A stretch of 62,971 nt of DNA, filler included, from Hyphochytrium catenoides (taxonomy: Eukaryota > Protista > Hyphochytriomycota): assembly GCA_900088475.1 (NCBI GenBank). It is 15 parts of 15 records of this genome, joined end to end, with 100 filler letters (N's around TTAATTAATTAA, not from the genome) between each part and the next. Parts side by side here need not be neighbours in the genome. Positions count along the whole stretch, not along the records: positions 24,832 to 29,146 come from FLMG01002324.1; positions 29,247 to 47,701 come from FLMG01002458.1; 13 more parts are not named here. One strand, given 5' to 3'. A program made the position numbers and the translations under genes. Shown one piece after another: positions 25,243 to 38,174 of the stretch. Positions within the stretch are counted from its first letter, which is position 1. Each line of letters begins with the position of its first letter. A model generated the notes under the pieces. That model ran no database searches. It saw only the letters and a program-made list of their open reading frames with translations, and had not been told where the DNA came from.

Positions 25243-26080
25243 CCTCTCTCTCTCTATTTTCTCGCTCTCTCGCTCTCTCGCTCTCTCTCTTCTTGCTTAT
25301 CGTCCCATCCCAACGGGCAGGAGAGAGAGGAGAAGAGCTACAATGCCGACGACACGATGAGGAAGGAGATGTCTTTCGGAGAGGGAGGAGGACGACAGAG
25401 AGAGAGAGAGAGAAGTAGAACAAAGACGAAGAGGAGGAGAACATGAGAACAAGCTGCTGAATGAGAAGAGAGGAAGATAAGGAGATGAAGGCGAAGGGCG
25501 AGAAGAAAGACAGGTGGAAGCAAGGAAAGAAACAAAGAGGAAGAAGACGAAGAAGAAGGAGGAAAAGAGAGAGAAAGAGCCAAAGAAAAAAAGGGGAGAA
25601 AGGGAAAGAGAGGGAAAAGCCACCACTTGATAAGAAAGAGAAAAGCGCAAAGGCAGAGAGGAAGGAGAAGAGACACAGAAGCAAGCAGGGAAAGTCAACA
25701 AGAGAAGAGAGAGAAGTAGTCGAAGAAGAGGAGAAAAGATAGAGAGAAGAACCACGTGAGAAGAAAGAGAGAGGGACCCGGTGGACAAAAGAAGAAGAAA
25801 GAAAAAGGAGACAAGCAGGTGAGCAGATGAAGAAGACAAAGAACTAAGGGAGAAAAGAGAGGGAGAGAGAGAAGATGAAGCCATAGAATGGTTCTCCTTC
25901 CTAAAGACAGAAAGAGGAGAGAGACAGACGCCTTCTTCGATAGAAAATAAGAGAGAAAGTGATAAGTGACGCTGTGTACTCTGTCTCCCAAGGTATGTGG
26001 GTGGCTCTATTGATAATGGTAGTAAATAAGAAAATGCTGGTCATATCTCCTTTCCGCCCAAGACAGCGGTTTGATCCATC

Positions 26081-26132
<52 letters not shown>

Positions 26133-26241
26133 CTCTCTCTCTCTCTCTCCCCACCGCGGTATCTACATGATGAAGGAGAAGAGCCCATGGGACAGAAAGC
26201 TAACGAGTCGAAGGAGAGGAATAACATAGCGCGCCTCTTCC

Positions 26242-26898
26242 TTAGTGCGGCAGCTCATCGTCAATCGAGATCGGCATGCCCTTGATCCCCATCAAACCCT
26301 CGAAGCGGTTCTGGCACTTCCATCCCGTCGTCCCTGGAGGCGCATAGCCATCGTGCTCTCCATAGCTCTGAGATCGCGTCAAAGGCGTGAGGCCAACGTT
26401 GCCCACCACCGATCCCGGAGAATAGTGAAGAGCTCCAGCCATCAGATTGCCCCAGAACTTGAAGATCCTGTCCGTGTGAAGCTTGGCCTCAAAGTAGATC
26501 TTCCCCTGGTTCCAGCTGTACCACTCTTTAGAGGTCAAGGGGAAGTCATGCAGGACCTCCACGGTCTTGCTCCCGTTGCTATACCACGTATCTTCTACCG
26601 TCAGGACGTGGCTTGAAGGCACGCCTTCCCCGTCAAGGCAGTCCACAAAGTACCAGGTATGGGCCGTGTTGACAAGCTCAGGGATACGAGAGATCTTGGT
26701 TGTCTTCCCAGCCTGTTCCTTCGCAGCAGGCGACGGAGTGCCTTGCTGAGTAGTGGAAGGGAGAGGAAATGTGGCTGTTCTTAGGGATCTTACTTCTGCC
26801 GGAGAGGAAGAGGCAGCTTTCTCTTCTTGCGCTGTGGCAGGGGAAGAGAGCAGGCTGGCGGCTGCCATGAGAGGAACCAAGATCTGAAAGAGCTTCAT
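26242..26898 (-). CDS. Intronless secreted protein (218 aa) with signal peptide and RSLR motif
   Basis: Signal peptide MKLFQILVPLMAAASLLSSPATA/QE, RSLR at aa 37-40, a Ser/Thr/Pro linker, then a Trp/Tyr/Gly-rich domain with two Cys. The ORF contains no microsatellite. Confidence 0.8.
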   Translation of the reverse strand: MKLFQILVPLMAAASLLSSPATAQEEKAASSSPAEVRSLRTATFPLPSTTQQGTPSPAAKEQAGKTTKISRIPELVNTAHTWYFVDCLDGEGVPSSHVLTVEDTWYSNGSKTVEVLHDFPLTSKEWYSWNQGKIYFEAKLHTDRIFKFWGNLMAGALHYSPGSVVGNVGLTPLTRSQSYGEHDGYAPPGTTGWKCQNRFEGLMGIKGMPISIDDELPH

Positions 26899-27840
26899 TG
26901 CGTTTGGGCAGCTTTAGGAGGCAGCAAATTTTTTTTTATAAGAGGAGAAAGGAAGCAAACAATAGCTTTCTCTTCCACGAGGAAAGTCTAATTATGAGCG
27001 GGGAGAAGGAAAGACTTGGAAGAAAGGGAGGCTTCGCGGAGAGAAGAGAGACTTCAATGGAAGAAGAAGAGAAGGGACGATGAGCTCACTCTAGTCTCAT
27101 CGGCCGTCCTACGTATCTATGAAAGATGCTGTCTGGCTGCTGTTTGCCAGTCTCTCCCTCTCCCTTTCCCTCACTCGTTCTCACTCTTTATTTCTTCTTC
27201 TTCTTCTCTCTCTCTCTCGCTCTGTGTCTCTCCCCTTTTTGCGGAACAACTATCGCTAGATTTCTGCTGTTCTATGCAGCAATAGCTGCAGCAATAGAGC
27301 GAGAGCGCCATAGAAGTATAGGAGAGACGCCAGTAACAGAACAGGGAAGAGAACTAATTCTATAAAAAGTTGACGAAGGTGTCTTCTCTCTTCGGCTTCC
27401 CTGGATAGCTATCACTGGCTTTCTTCCTTTCCCTCTTGCTGCGCTTTCTTCAGACCGTTCAATCACGTCACTAGCCGCCCAGTGTATCTCTCCTCAGCTG
27501 GCTACTACGGTTGCCTGCCTAGATGCCTTCTTAGGCCACTTTCTATTGCTGCATTGCTGCTAGATACTACTATTGCTCTGAATATATACTGTTTCTCTCT
27601 TACACTTTCTCCCCCTCTCTTTTTCCCTCTCTCTCTTTCTCTCGCTTCTTCTCTTGCCCTCCCTCTCTCCCTCTCTCCTCTCTCTCTCTCTGTTTCTAAC
27701 CTAACTGCTAACCCCATCAAAACAGTAGTAATAAGTTACTTAGGCCCGCTTGCTGGGCTGGATCTAACACCTCGATCAGGTCTGGAGTATAAACCGAAAC
27801 CCCAATTGCTCTGCTGTCGTGACGGGTGGAGTCCTCGTCT

Positions 27841-27871
<31 letters not shown>

Positions 27872-29257
27872 TTCGCTCTCGTTCGCTCTCTCGCGCGCGC
27901 TCTCGTTCTCTCTCTCTCTCGTTCTCTCTCTCTGTTCCTCTCTCTCTCCCTCCCCCTCTCTCTGTTCCTCGCTCTGTCCCTCTCTCTCTCTCTCACACTC
28001 TCTCTCTCTCTCTTTCTCTCTCCTCTCTCCTCTCTCTCTCTTCTTGGCCTGTCCTTGTCCTTTTCCCTGGTTCCACTGCTCAGTCATAGTCTGCTCGACA
28101 CTACTAGAGACCCTCGCCATCCTACACTCCGCTGTCAGCCTTCTGGACATCCGGTCCGTGTGGTTGCACTTCTCTTGCACTAAGGTCTGCGCTGTCATTT
28201 ATTAGGAGGAAAAAAGCGTCACCGTCCCTAGGCCTCTCGTCACTCTGTCTTGCATCTGTTATGGGAAGAGACTGTGCTTCTCGTACCTCTCCTGGCCACT
28301 CCCCGGCCATCTTGTCTCAGTGGTGACTGGAGAATGACGTTCACTTTCTTCACAAGGTCTACCATTTGTGCGCTCTGTTACACCATTTCCCTCTGAAAGT
28401 CAGCATTACCTTCATACATTTACTTCCAACCGCACATATTTGACTGGGATTCGGATCTAGGCTCGTGCGCAAGAACTCTCGCCAGGAAAAGGGAGAGAGA
28501 GGGAATACTAGAGAACCACTCTTGCCTCTCTTTCCCTGTCTTTCTCTTTTTCTCTCTCTCCCTCCGCCTCTCTCCCTCTGACTTTCTCTTTCGCTGACTA
28601 TCGACTACCGCCTGTCTCCCTCTTCTCCTCCTTTCTCTTGTTTGCACTCTCCTCCACGTCAGTCCAGCCCTTCGACTTGCTTCACCGCCGACGCTCGTGA
28701 CCAGGAAGGGAAAAAATAGACAAAAAGATCTAGTTATGCCTTCTCCTTTGCTTGCCTTTCGCTGAATATATGGATCTTAGCTGAGAGTGCGCTCACTACC
28801 GTTTTACAGTGTAATGTGTTGAAATAGCGCACGTCTTTGACTGGATAAAGACGCAAGCCTCTGGCTTTCTTCCTTTCTCTCTCTCTCTCTNNNNNNNNNN
28901 NNNNNNNNNNNNNNNNNNNNNNNNNNNNNNTCCCTCTCTTTCTCTCTCTCTCTCCCTCTCTCTCTCTTTTCTCTCGCTCGCTGTCTGTCATGGTTTTTCT
29001 CTCCCTCTCTTTCCTCCTCAATTTTCTCGCTTCTATGGATTCCAGCGATCATCTCTTGCTATGTAGGTTGTCTCCCGAGTTATCATCCTTTCTCTTCTCG
29101 TTTCCTTTGGTCTCTAGTCAGGCTCTTGGTCTCACCAACGGCTATCNNNNNNNNNNNNNNNNNNNNNNNNNNNNNNNNNNNNNNNNNNNNTTAATTAATT
29201 AANNNNNNNNNNNNNNNNNNNNNNNNNNNNNNNNNNNNNNNNNNNNCTCCCAACCCT

Positions 29258-29300
<43 letters not shown>

Positions 29301-29355
29301 TTTCTTTTTCTTTCTGTCTCTCTCTCCCCCTGTCTTTTTCCGTCTCTCTCTCTAG

Positions 29356-30087
29356 TTGGCTGGCTGGTTCGAGAAAGCTTTCATAGGAATTGACGGGTCA
29401 GCGGTGACTTATCCTCTCAGCGTCCACTTCAAATCCGTAGAGACAGGACAACTCCTCTGCATTAGGATATCGGAGACTGGACAGGTGTCTCTCTCTTTCT
29501 CTCCCTCTCTGTTTCTCCCTCTCTCTCTCTTTCTCTAAAATATATATATATATATATTCATCTCTCCCGTCGTCTCTCTTCTCTCTCTTTCTCTCTCTTC
29601 TTATTGTCTCGTTGTCATACATATAAAGTCTTGTCTTTTTCCCCAGTTTTTCCTTCTCAAAGTTCCTCGCTTCAACCTCTTCTCTTCTGGAGATATCTCT
29701 CCCCCTAACTGATTGCGTCTCTGTCTCTCTTCCTCTTCTCTCTGTCTCTCTCCCTCTTCTCTGTCTCTCTCCCTCTTCTCTGTCTCTCTCCCTCTTCTCT
29801 TTTCTCTCCCTCTCTATTTTCTTATTTTGTGCGCGTCTCTCCCTCACTTCTGCATGTTCCCTCTTTTGTCCCTCTTCCCTAGATAAAAATTTTCTGCGAC
29901 GACATGGAGTCTGCTAGTGAAGTCGTACAAGATATGTGCGCTTANNNNNNNNNNNNNNNNNNNNNNNNNNNNNNNNCATCCCCTTTGTCTTTCTTTATCT
30001 ATTTGAGTTCTCTAGAGTGGTTCTCACTTGCTCTTTTCTCTCTTTTGCGATGTAAGTACCTCTTCTTTTCTCTGCTCTCTAGGCCGC

Positions 30088-30120
<33 letters not shown>

Positions 30121-30385
30121 CACTAGTCTCGCCTTTAAGCCTTTTCTTGGGGGTGTTGCTCTCTCTCTCTTAGAGCAGCTTCCTTTTCCCTGCCATCTGA
30201 CGGCTTCCTTTTACTTTCTCTTTTTCTCTCTCCCTTTCTCTCTTCTAAACGCCTTTGGTGTCTCTCTCGTGGCTTGTCTAGGTTCAAGAACTTGAATCCC
30301 TCGCTGACTTCCCGAAAGAGATGCAGGCGCTGGAGGAGCTGCTGATGAGGGTGAGCGCTGAGAGAATGTAGAGGAGGCACTGGAC

Positions 30386-30426
<41 letters not shown>

Positions 30427-30571
30427 AATAGAATAGATAACTATCGTTCTCTCTCTCACACGGTTCTCACCTGTGGACACAAAGGTTCTCTTCTCTTTCG
30501 CCTAACCGTTTCTACGTCTTCCGACTCTTCAATCTCTTGTTATCCCTCTCTCTTTGTCTGACTCTGTGTCT

Positions 30572-30602
<31 letters not shown>

Positions 30603-31399
30603 CCTTCCCTTTCTCTTTCTCTCAGGTGGATGAGTTTAACGCTGCTCGTCTTAAAATGTCTGCGGAGATGGCGGACAACTCACAGCTTGTCAAGAGCTTG
30701 GTGGTCAAAGCAGAAGACTCCAGAATACTCGGAGACATGTAAAGTCTCTCTCTCTCTCTCTCTGTCTTTCACATAAAGACGTACATACTCTCTCCTCCTC
30801 TGACTCGTTATGTTTCTCCTTCTCTCTTTCTCCTGTTCCCTCGTTACCTTTTCTCCACTCTTGCCTGGTCACACACACTCTCTCTCTCTCTCTCTTCTCG
30901 CTCCTTCCCTCTACTCTCCTCCCTCTCCATCTCCCCTTCTTTCTTCTCCATATATATCCAACCCGTCCACTGTTTCTCTGTCTATCTTTCCTTATAGCCC
31001 TCGGGAGAGGAGCTTTCAACCTCTTTCTCTCTCGCTCTCCTCTCTGTCTCTTCTCCTTCCGTCTCGCCTTTTCTCTCCCTTCCATCCATGTGTGTCTTTT
31101 CTCTCTTCCGATTACCCCCATTCCTCTTTAATTTGCCTCCAGCTCCTCTCTGTCTCTCTTTTTCTCTCTCTCGTCTTTCTTTCTCCCTCTCTTTTCTCTC
31201 TCTCCCTCTCACCCTCTCCCTCTTTCTCTTCCGTGCACCCTCTCTCTTCTTCTTACTGCCCCCTCCCGCTCGTCTTTCTCTATTTTCTCTCTCTCCCTCT
31301 CTCTGTTCTCTCTCTCTCGCTTTCTCCTCCGCGCACCTCTCTCTCTCTCTCTCTCNNNNNNNNNNNNNNNNNNNNNNNNNNNNNNNNNNNNNNNNNNNN

Positions 31400-31440
<41 letters not shown>

Positions 31441-32224
31441 TCCACTCTTTTTGTTTCTCGGTCACCCTCTCTCTGTTCATCCGTCTCTCTGGTCTTCTGA
31501 TTTCATTTTTGTCTCTCTCTTCTCAAGCCAACTATCCGAATTGCTGTCGACTTTCCTCCTTCTGTCTCTCTCGTTCTCTCTCTTCTCTCGTTCTCTCTCT
31601 CTTACTCTTTCCTGCATTCTTCCTCTTTCGTTTTTCAAAACCGTCTTCTTTTCCTTGATCGCCATGGATATTGTTGTCTGTTGAGTACAGCGTTCTCTCT
31701 CTCTCTCTCTCTCTCTTTTTGACTGCAGCTTCCTCTTTTTGATTGCCGTTTTCTTCTCTTTCTTGTTCTCTCTCTCTACCTCTCTCTCTCTCTCTCTTTG
31801 CCCTGAATCCTTACCCTCTCTCTCTCTTTGCCCTGATTCCTTACCCTCCCTCTCGCTCTCTTAATCTCTCTCTCTCTCTTTGCCTTGATCCCTACCCTCC
31901 CTCTCTCTCTCTTTGCCCTGATTCCTTACCCCCTCTCTCTTACTCTCTCTCTCTTTGACTTATTTCCTTACCCTTCCTCTCTCTCTCTTACTCTCTCTCT
32001 CTCTCTTTGCCCTGATTCCATACCCCCTCTCTCTTACTCTCTCTCTCTCTTTTTGACTATTTCCTTACCGTCTCTCTCTTTCTCTCTTTAACTCTCTCTC
32101 TCCAGTTGGGAAGGCGAAGACTCGTGTGGTGTCGTGCTGTCGGCAGGCGATAAAACAGAATAACACGAGGCAGCTCGTCCAGATCATTCATGACGGACAA
32201 GATCCGCTCAATAGAGAGAAATAG
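29356..32224 (+). CDS. BBS2: BBSome subunit BBS2, 3' portion
   Basis: Exons ~29356-29484, 29883-29945, 30281-30350, 30626-30738, [probably in the gap], 32106-32224. They encode IKIFCDDMESASEVVQD, ESLADFPKEM, VDEFNAARLKMSAEMADNSQLVKSLVVKAEDSRILGDM and VGKAKTRVVSCCRQAIKQNN, which match the BBS2 C-terminus. Confidence 0.93.
31790..32070 (+). repeat. ~28-40-bp intronic minisatellite built on (CT)n
   Basis: About 7 variants of ctctctctctttgccctgattccttaccc in the last BBS2 intron. Confidence 0.75.
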
Positions 32225-32229
32225 ACAGA

Positions 32230-32260
<31 letters not shown>

Positions 32261-32809
32261 GAGAGAGAGAGAGAAAGAGTGATATATAGAAGAGAGAAGG
32301 AAATGTATGTTTGTCTGGGAAGATGGCAGCCAGAAGAGGAAGAAGAAGATTTTAAGAGGTGAAGGCATGGGATCCATAAGAAAAGGAAAAATAGAAAGAA
32401 AGAAAGGAAAGAGGAGAAACTTCAGAGATTCCTTTCTTATGAAACAGCTAAAGAGAGAGAGAGAGAGAGAGAAAAAGAGAGAGACGAAAGGAAGAGCGAG
32501 AGAGGAGGAGAGAGAGAGTAGGGAACGAAACCTGAGAATCGCAATAAATGTCAAATTTTCTTCAAAGATTATAAACAGAGGTACAAACAGCTTTAGAGAT
32601 AGGCGCTTTTGATATGAGGAGAAGCGGCAATCCTTTCTTTCTTTCTCCCTCTCTCTGTTTTCATCTTTCTTCTCTATATTCTCTCCCGTTTGTGTCACGC
32701 AGCAGGAGAGAGAAATAGAAGTAAGTCCGGAGTCAGTCTTCGCAAGGGTGAGGAACTGATTCTCCATAGAGACAGAGCTTTCTCTCTCTCCCTCTGCTTC
32801 CGATCTCTT

Positions 32810-32865
<56 letters not shown>

Positions 32866-33040
32866 TTCTTTTCGATTTCTCTAGTCTCTCCCGAGAAGCT
32901 CTTTCTCCAGTTCTTAGCCATTTGAGAGATTTTTACAAAAGCTGCTACTTAGCGCACGCTGGGGATAGAAATTTCCTTTCTCTTTCTCTCTTTTCTCTCT
33001 CTCTCTCTGTTTCTCTCTCTTTCTCTCAACGTTTCTTTAG

Positions 33041-33847
33041 TTATTTCTTCCTCGGAATGGCAACAAACTCTCGGCTCTGAGAGAGTTTGTCGTCTTCTTC
33101 GGAGAGAAAGTCTAAGATTCTTCTGTTAAATTCTTCAGGAAACTGAAGGTGAGCGTCGTGTCTCCCTCTCTCCAAGAGAGAGAGACGGGAATGAGGAACT
33201 CTCTCGTGCAGAAATTGAGGATGAAACTCCGAGGAAACGACTTCGTCCTTGTATAAGAGACGGAGAGAGAGAGAAAGCGAGAGAGAGAGGGTGTCAAGTT
33301 TAAGGGATTGAGAGAAAGCGGGAACGGAGAGATAGGAGAGAGAGAGAGAGACAGAGAGAGAGAGAGGCCATGAGAAGGAAAGACGAAGGTGTGGAGGGAC
33401 GAAAATTGCGAAACACAGGGGACGGGAAAGAGAACTGGCCAAGAGAGAGGAGAAAGAAAGAAAGAAAGAAAGAAAGAGAGGGAGAGAGAGAGAGAGAGAG
33501 AGACAGAGAGAGAGAGAAAGAAGAGAGACGAACAGGTAACAAAAACAGATTGTAAACACAAGAATGGAAGCAGGGACCAGCTTTAACGTTGATAAATGTT
33601 AGAGAGGCGACTATGGAAAGAGGAGAAACAGAAGAGAGAGAGAAGACCAGAGGAGGAAGACAGAGACACAACGGAGAGAAAAGAAGAGAAAAGTAGAGTT
33701 CGGCGATAGAGAAAGAGAAGAGACACTTCCCAAGTTCCGGTCAGGAAGATAACACAGAAGAGACAAGAGCAATAGAGGACCAAAGCAAGCCTGTGCGTAT
33801 AAATACGGGAAAGATAAAAAAAAGAGACAGGTAGAGAGAAAGAAAGA

Positions 33848-33879
<32 letters not shown>

Positions 33880-34846
33880 AGGGGTTATATCTACCTCTTC
33901 TCCATGAAGAATTAGAGTCTTGCTCAGTATCTGTCCCAGCCATTCTACGCAAAGGTCTCCGTGTCTCTCTCTATAGATTCTTTCCATAGCCCGGAGCCAC
34001 CCTAGAAGGAAAAGAGGAAAGAGAGGGAAAGAGAGAAAGAGAAAAGAGAGAGAAGGGAAGAATTAAACAAGAAGTTTGAGAAGAAGGAAACGAGGGAGGA
34101 AAGAGAGAGAGAGAGAGATAAGAAAAAAGAAGTTCGACAAGACAAAGCAGAAAGAAGTTGGACAGCGACCATGAGAGAGAGAGAGAAATTTATACAGAAC
34201 AATGAGAGAGAGAGAGACATAAGCGGTGCCAAGAAAGAGAAGAGGTCGAGAGAAGGGAAAGAAAGACATGCAATAGCGGGATAAATGACGGGAGAGAAAG
34301 TTACAAGGGGAGAGAGAAGAGAGACACAAGAGGAGAGAGGAAGGAGAGAGATGTACCGCTCCATAGTCTCTGAAGCTCCTGTGCGCCATATTCCTCTTCG
34401 TATCTCTTTCTCTCTTCCTCAGGCCAGGANNNNNNNNNNNNNNNNNNNNNNNNNNNNNNNNNNNNNNNNNNNATGAGAGCAACAATAGACAAGAACCAAG
34501 GCTCATATTCTTCTAGAACGCTCCTTTCCGCACTTTGTAGCTGTGAATCTCTCTCTCTCTCTCTCTTTTATTTTCTCCCTTCCTTTCTCTCTCTTGATCC
34601 TATGGGCATCAACTCATAATTGACATATGTCCTAGGAATGAGGGTATGGCAAAGAACGAGAGAGAGAGAGAGGAGAGATTGGAGAGAAAGAGTGAGAAGA
34701 GAAAGAAAAGAGAAGACTTTTTACATTTCCTCCAAAGAGAATGAGCCGGTCCACAAGTTCGGGATATTTAGCGGCGAGGATTGCCGCTGTCTTTGCCCCG
34801 TCACTCCAACCCAATGCATGGAACTATGGAGAAAGGGAGAGAGAGA

Positions 34847-34882
<36 letters not shown>

Positions 34883-35458
34883 CAATATGAGTGAACGGAA
34901 AGATGGAGAAAGATAGAAGAGAGAAAGAAAGGAGGTAGCGAGAAAGAGAGAGACGGAGGCAATATCAAATGCGATAGTGCAAAACTAGAACAGAGGTGAG
35001 AGAGAGAGAGAAACAGAAAGAGAGACGTCTAGAACGAGAGAGACAGAGAAGGAAACGAGAGAGAGATGTGTGTAGGGATTCAGAGATGAAGAGATAGAGT
35101 AAGAAAAGAGAGAAGTGATGGGTATCGGGAGGAATTGCGGTGAGAGAGAAGAGACAGACAAAGAGGAGACAATGCAAAAGGAGAGGGCAAGCAAGCATAG
35201 AGAAGGGCTTCCAGAAGAGAGAGAGAGAGAGAGACTGAGAGAGAGAGAGAACGACGAAGACTTACCTTTTCTCTCCCCAGCGACTGTGCGACTGTTGCGA
35301 CGTCATCAGCGTCTTTTTCATGAAAAGAGAGAGAGAAGTCTCTCTCTGGCGGACGGGATCTCCCATATCCGCGCGGGTCAAGAGAGAGAAGATGATAGAA
35401 AGAAGAGAGACCCGTCAACTGAGGGAGAAAGTCGGTCCGAGCCGTCCCTGAGAGAGTC

Positions 35459-35489
<31 letters not shown>

Positions 35490-36061
35490 GATAGCACAGG
35501 AGAGAGCAAAAGAAAGAAATGAGAATGAGCATGGAAGAGAGTGAGATTGAGGGAAGGGACGAAATAGAGAGTAAGAGTAAGAGTCAAGGAGAGTGAAAAC
35601 GGATCGGAGTGAAGGTAATACGGGAGAGAGATAGAAAGAGAGAGAGAAGAGAGAGAGAGAGTAAGAGAAAGAGAGAGAGAGAAAGAGTGCGCTAGAGGCA
35701 GGAGCAGCATCAGCTAAAACAGAGCAAAGATGAACGAAGAGAAGAGCTACTAAAAGAGAGCACGAGGAGAGGGAGAGAGACACACACCTAAGGCACCTGG
35801 AAGCAAGAAGATGGTCTCTCTCTCTCTCTCCCCTCCCACTTCTCCCGCTTCTGTCACTAGAAGACTGATTTCTGGCTCGTGCAAGGGAGAGACACGAACT
35901 CTTTGTGTTCTATAGGGCGAGGAAGAAGAAGAAGAGGGAGAGAGAGAAGAGAACGGTGAGGAAAGAGGAGCCAGCTTTTTCTCTTTTGGCATCTCTTTCC
36001 TCCCACAAAGAGAGAGAGAAAGCCCGTGGCGTGTCCTTCGAAGAAGATATCGCGCTGTCAT
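33041..36061 (-). CDS. BPHL: Valacyclovir hydrolase/BPHL-like serine hydrolase (alpha/beta fold), near complete
   Basis: MTARYLLRRTR (presequence-like)...LLPGALG|TARTDFLPQL...DPRGYGRSRPPERDF...DADD...|LGWSDGAKTAAILAAKYP...|GDLC...TLILHGEE|D...GRHDAHLQFPEEFN...KK*. The GWSDG nucleophile and BPHL-type motifs are present. Confidence 0.9.
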
Positions 36062-36336
36062 CTTGTATGCCTTGCTGCTATCGAAGAATGCTTTGAAGGA
36101 AGATCAACTACCGAAGAGACAACAAGGGAAGAGAGAGAAAGAAAGAGAGTGGTGAGAGAGAGACAGAGAAACCGATAGGAACAGAGAGACAAACAGATGC
36201 AAAAGAGAGCCAGCGGAGAGCAAGAAGGGTCACAATGGAACAAGAAAACGGAGGAGCACCACGAAAGGCATACTCATACTGTAGTAGGAAGAAGGGAAAA
36301 GAAGAAGAGAGAGAGAGTGAGAGGGAGAGTGAGTGG

Positions 36337-36399
<63 letters not shown>

Positions 36400-36577
36400 G
36401 GAGCGATTCTGATGGGTTTCTGATGGCTGAAAACCTACACCCCTGCCTGTATCAGGAGGAGAAGAATCAGTGATAGATAATCATTCAGAACCACTATCGA
36501 TAACTGATACGAATCAGAAGCCATTTCTCTTCTGGGAAAGATGTGCTCACAGCTCCTCAAGAGTGCCGAGTGCTGGC

Positions 36578-37048
36578 GATGAACGGTCAGTCATCAGTCT
36601 CACTTAAAATTTTCTCTCAAGAGGCGCAATAACATGCGATAGCCCGTTGAAGGAGGCTCTGCTCTCTCCCTCCCTGTGTCTTAGCACATCTACATGCGAT
36701 AGCCCGTTGAAGGAGGCTCTGCTCTCTCCCTCCCTGCGCCATAGCACATCTACATGCGATAGCCCGGTGAAGGAGGCTCTGCTCTCTCCCTCCCTGCGCC
36801 ATAGCACATCTACATGCGATAGCCCATTGAAGGAGGCTCTGCTCTCTCCCTCCCTGTGTCATAGCACATCTACATGCGATAGACCGTTGGAGGAGGCTCT
36901 GCTCTCTCCCTCCCTGTGTCATAGCACATCTACATGCGATAGCCCGTTGGAGGTAGGCTCTGCTCTCTTTCTCCCTGTGTCATAGCCCATCTATCACATG
37001 TTATCGGGCCTCTTGAAATATTTGAGTGAGACCGACTGGCAGTTCATC
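36578..37048. mobile_element. Putative non-autonomous fold-back/MITE-like element: ~60-bp imperfect terminal inverted repeats around a tandem array
   Basis: Left arm 36578-36642 is gatgaacggtcagtcatcagtctcacttaaaattttctctcaagaggcgcaataacatgcgatag. The reverse complement of the right arm (36991-37048) is gatgaactgccagtcggtctcactcaaatatttcaagaggcccgataacatgtgatag. No clear target-site duplication. Confidence 0.6.
36632..36993 (+). repeat. Six-copy 60-bp tandem repeat
   Basis: Unit acatgcgatagcccgttgaaggaggctctgctctctccctccctgtgtcatagcacatct, with few substitutions. The last copy has a 1-nt insertion. Confidence 0.97.
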
Positions 37049-38174
37049 TTCTTCTGCCAAAGGTAGTGGAACCAATCTTTGAGCTTGTCAATAGCCTCTA
37101 CGTCTTCAGAGATTGGCTGCTTCTGAGAGTAGAGGATGACGAACCTCTACCAGCTTGCCTTTACCCCTGTTATACGCTCCTTTGTTGGGGTTTTCTTTGA
37201 CCATGACGGGAGATGAGGCTCGTGCACCGATAAAGCGGTTCTACGCTCGGCGCTGTCCTGGTATGCCTTAGACAATGCCTCGTAGCGGCCGGTTATCTGC
37301 AGAGTCAGGAGAAGGCATCTGGATCCCATGGACAGCCTTCTTTTCTTTTTGTTCCGCTTCTCTTTCTCACTCTTTCATAATCTGTCTCTCTCTTGCTCTC
37401 TCCTCTGTCTTCCTTTGGTGCTGCTACTGCCAAGTTAACAGTTTCTCTTGGGAGACATCCAAGGGCAGCAGCATCGTAGCAGGAGAATGAAGAGCACACA
37501 TCTCAGCCCAGGGCAGCAGACATCGATAAAGTCAAAGTCTGCAAGCTCTTTCGTCGACGTTGCCACTCAAAACATTGCCACTCAAAAGTTCCCTCTCTCT
37601 CTCTCTCTCTCTCTCTCTTTTCATTCTCTATTTTTCTATCTCTTAGGAGGATATGTGCATTGCTCGCGACTGATATTAACTATGGGATATGGACCCCCTG
37701 CCATTAACTATGGCTTGTACCCGACTCTTCAGGAGGGAAAAGTGCGTCGCCTCTCTCTCTGTCTCCTTTCGCTCTCTCTCTCTCTCTCTCCCTTGATAGA
37801 AAGTGCTGGGGAGGAGAGAGGATGGGAGAGAGCTACTCGTTGGCCTTTCTTCCCAGTTCTTGAAGAGTGGGAGACAGGCAAGTCGTACTATACAAACTCC
37901 TTGACCGTCTCTCTCCTCCTTTCTCTCTCTCGCGCGCTCTCTCTCTTCTCTTCTCTTCCTTTCCCCATCTCTCATCACAACGATGGTGGACTCATCTAAA
38001 GTATTCCTCGGGTAATAGGACCGAGTGAACAAGGTCTCTCTCTCTCTCCCTTTTCTTTTCGAATAGGAGAGATCGCTGGGCAAAGCAGGGCGCAGTTGTG
38101 CACTGCACCTTCGGGTTCTCCTTCTCTTTCTTTCTCTTCTCATTTCCTCTTTGCTCTCTCTCTCTCTCTGTCTT

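Noticed and set aside
36632-36993. 60-bp array as a CRISPR or as a 20-aa repeat protein
   Set aside because: There are no unique spacers and no cas genes. The ORFs exist only because the unit is a stop-free multiple of 3, and the last unit is frameshifted.
37270-38120. Possible small + strand spliced gene (MGYGPPAINYGLYP...)
   Set aside because: Exon-like patches exist, but I could not establish a consistent frame or family.
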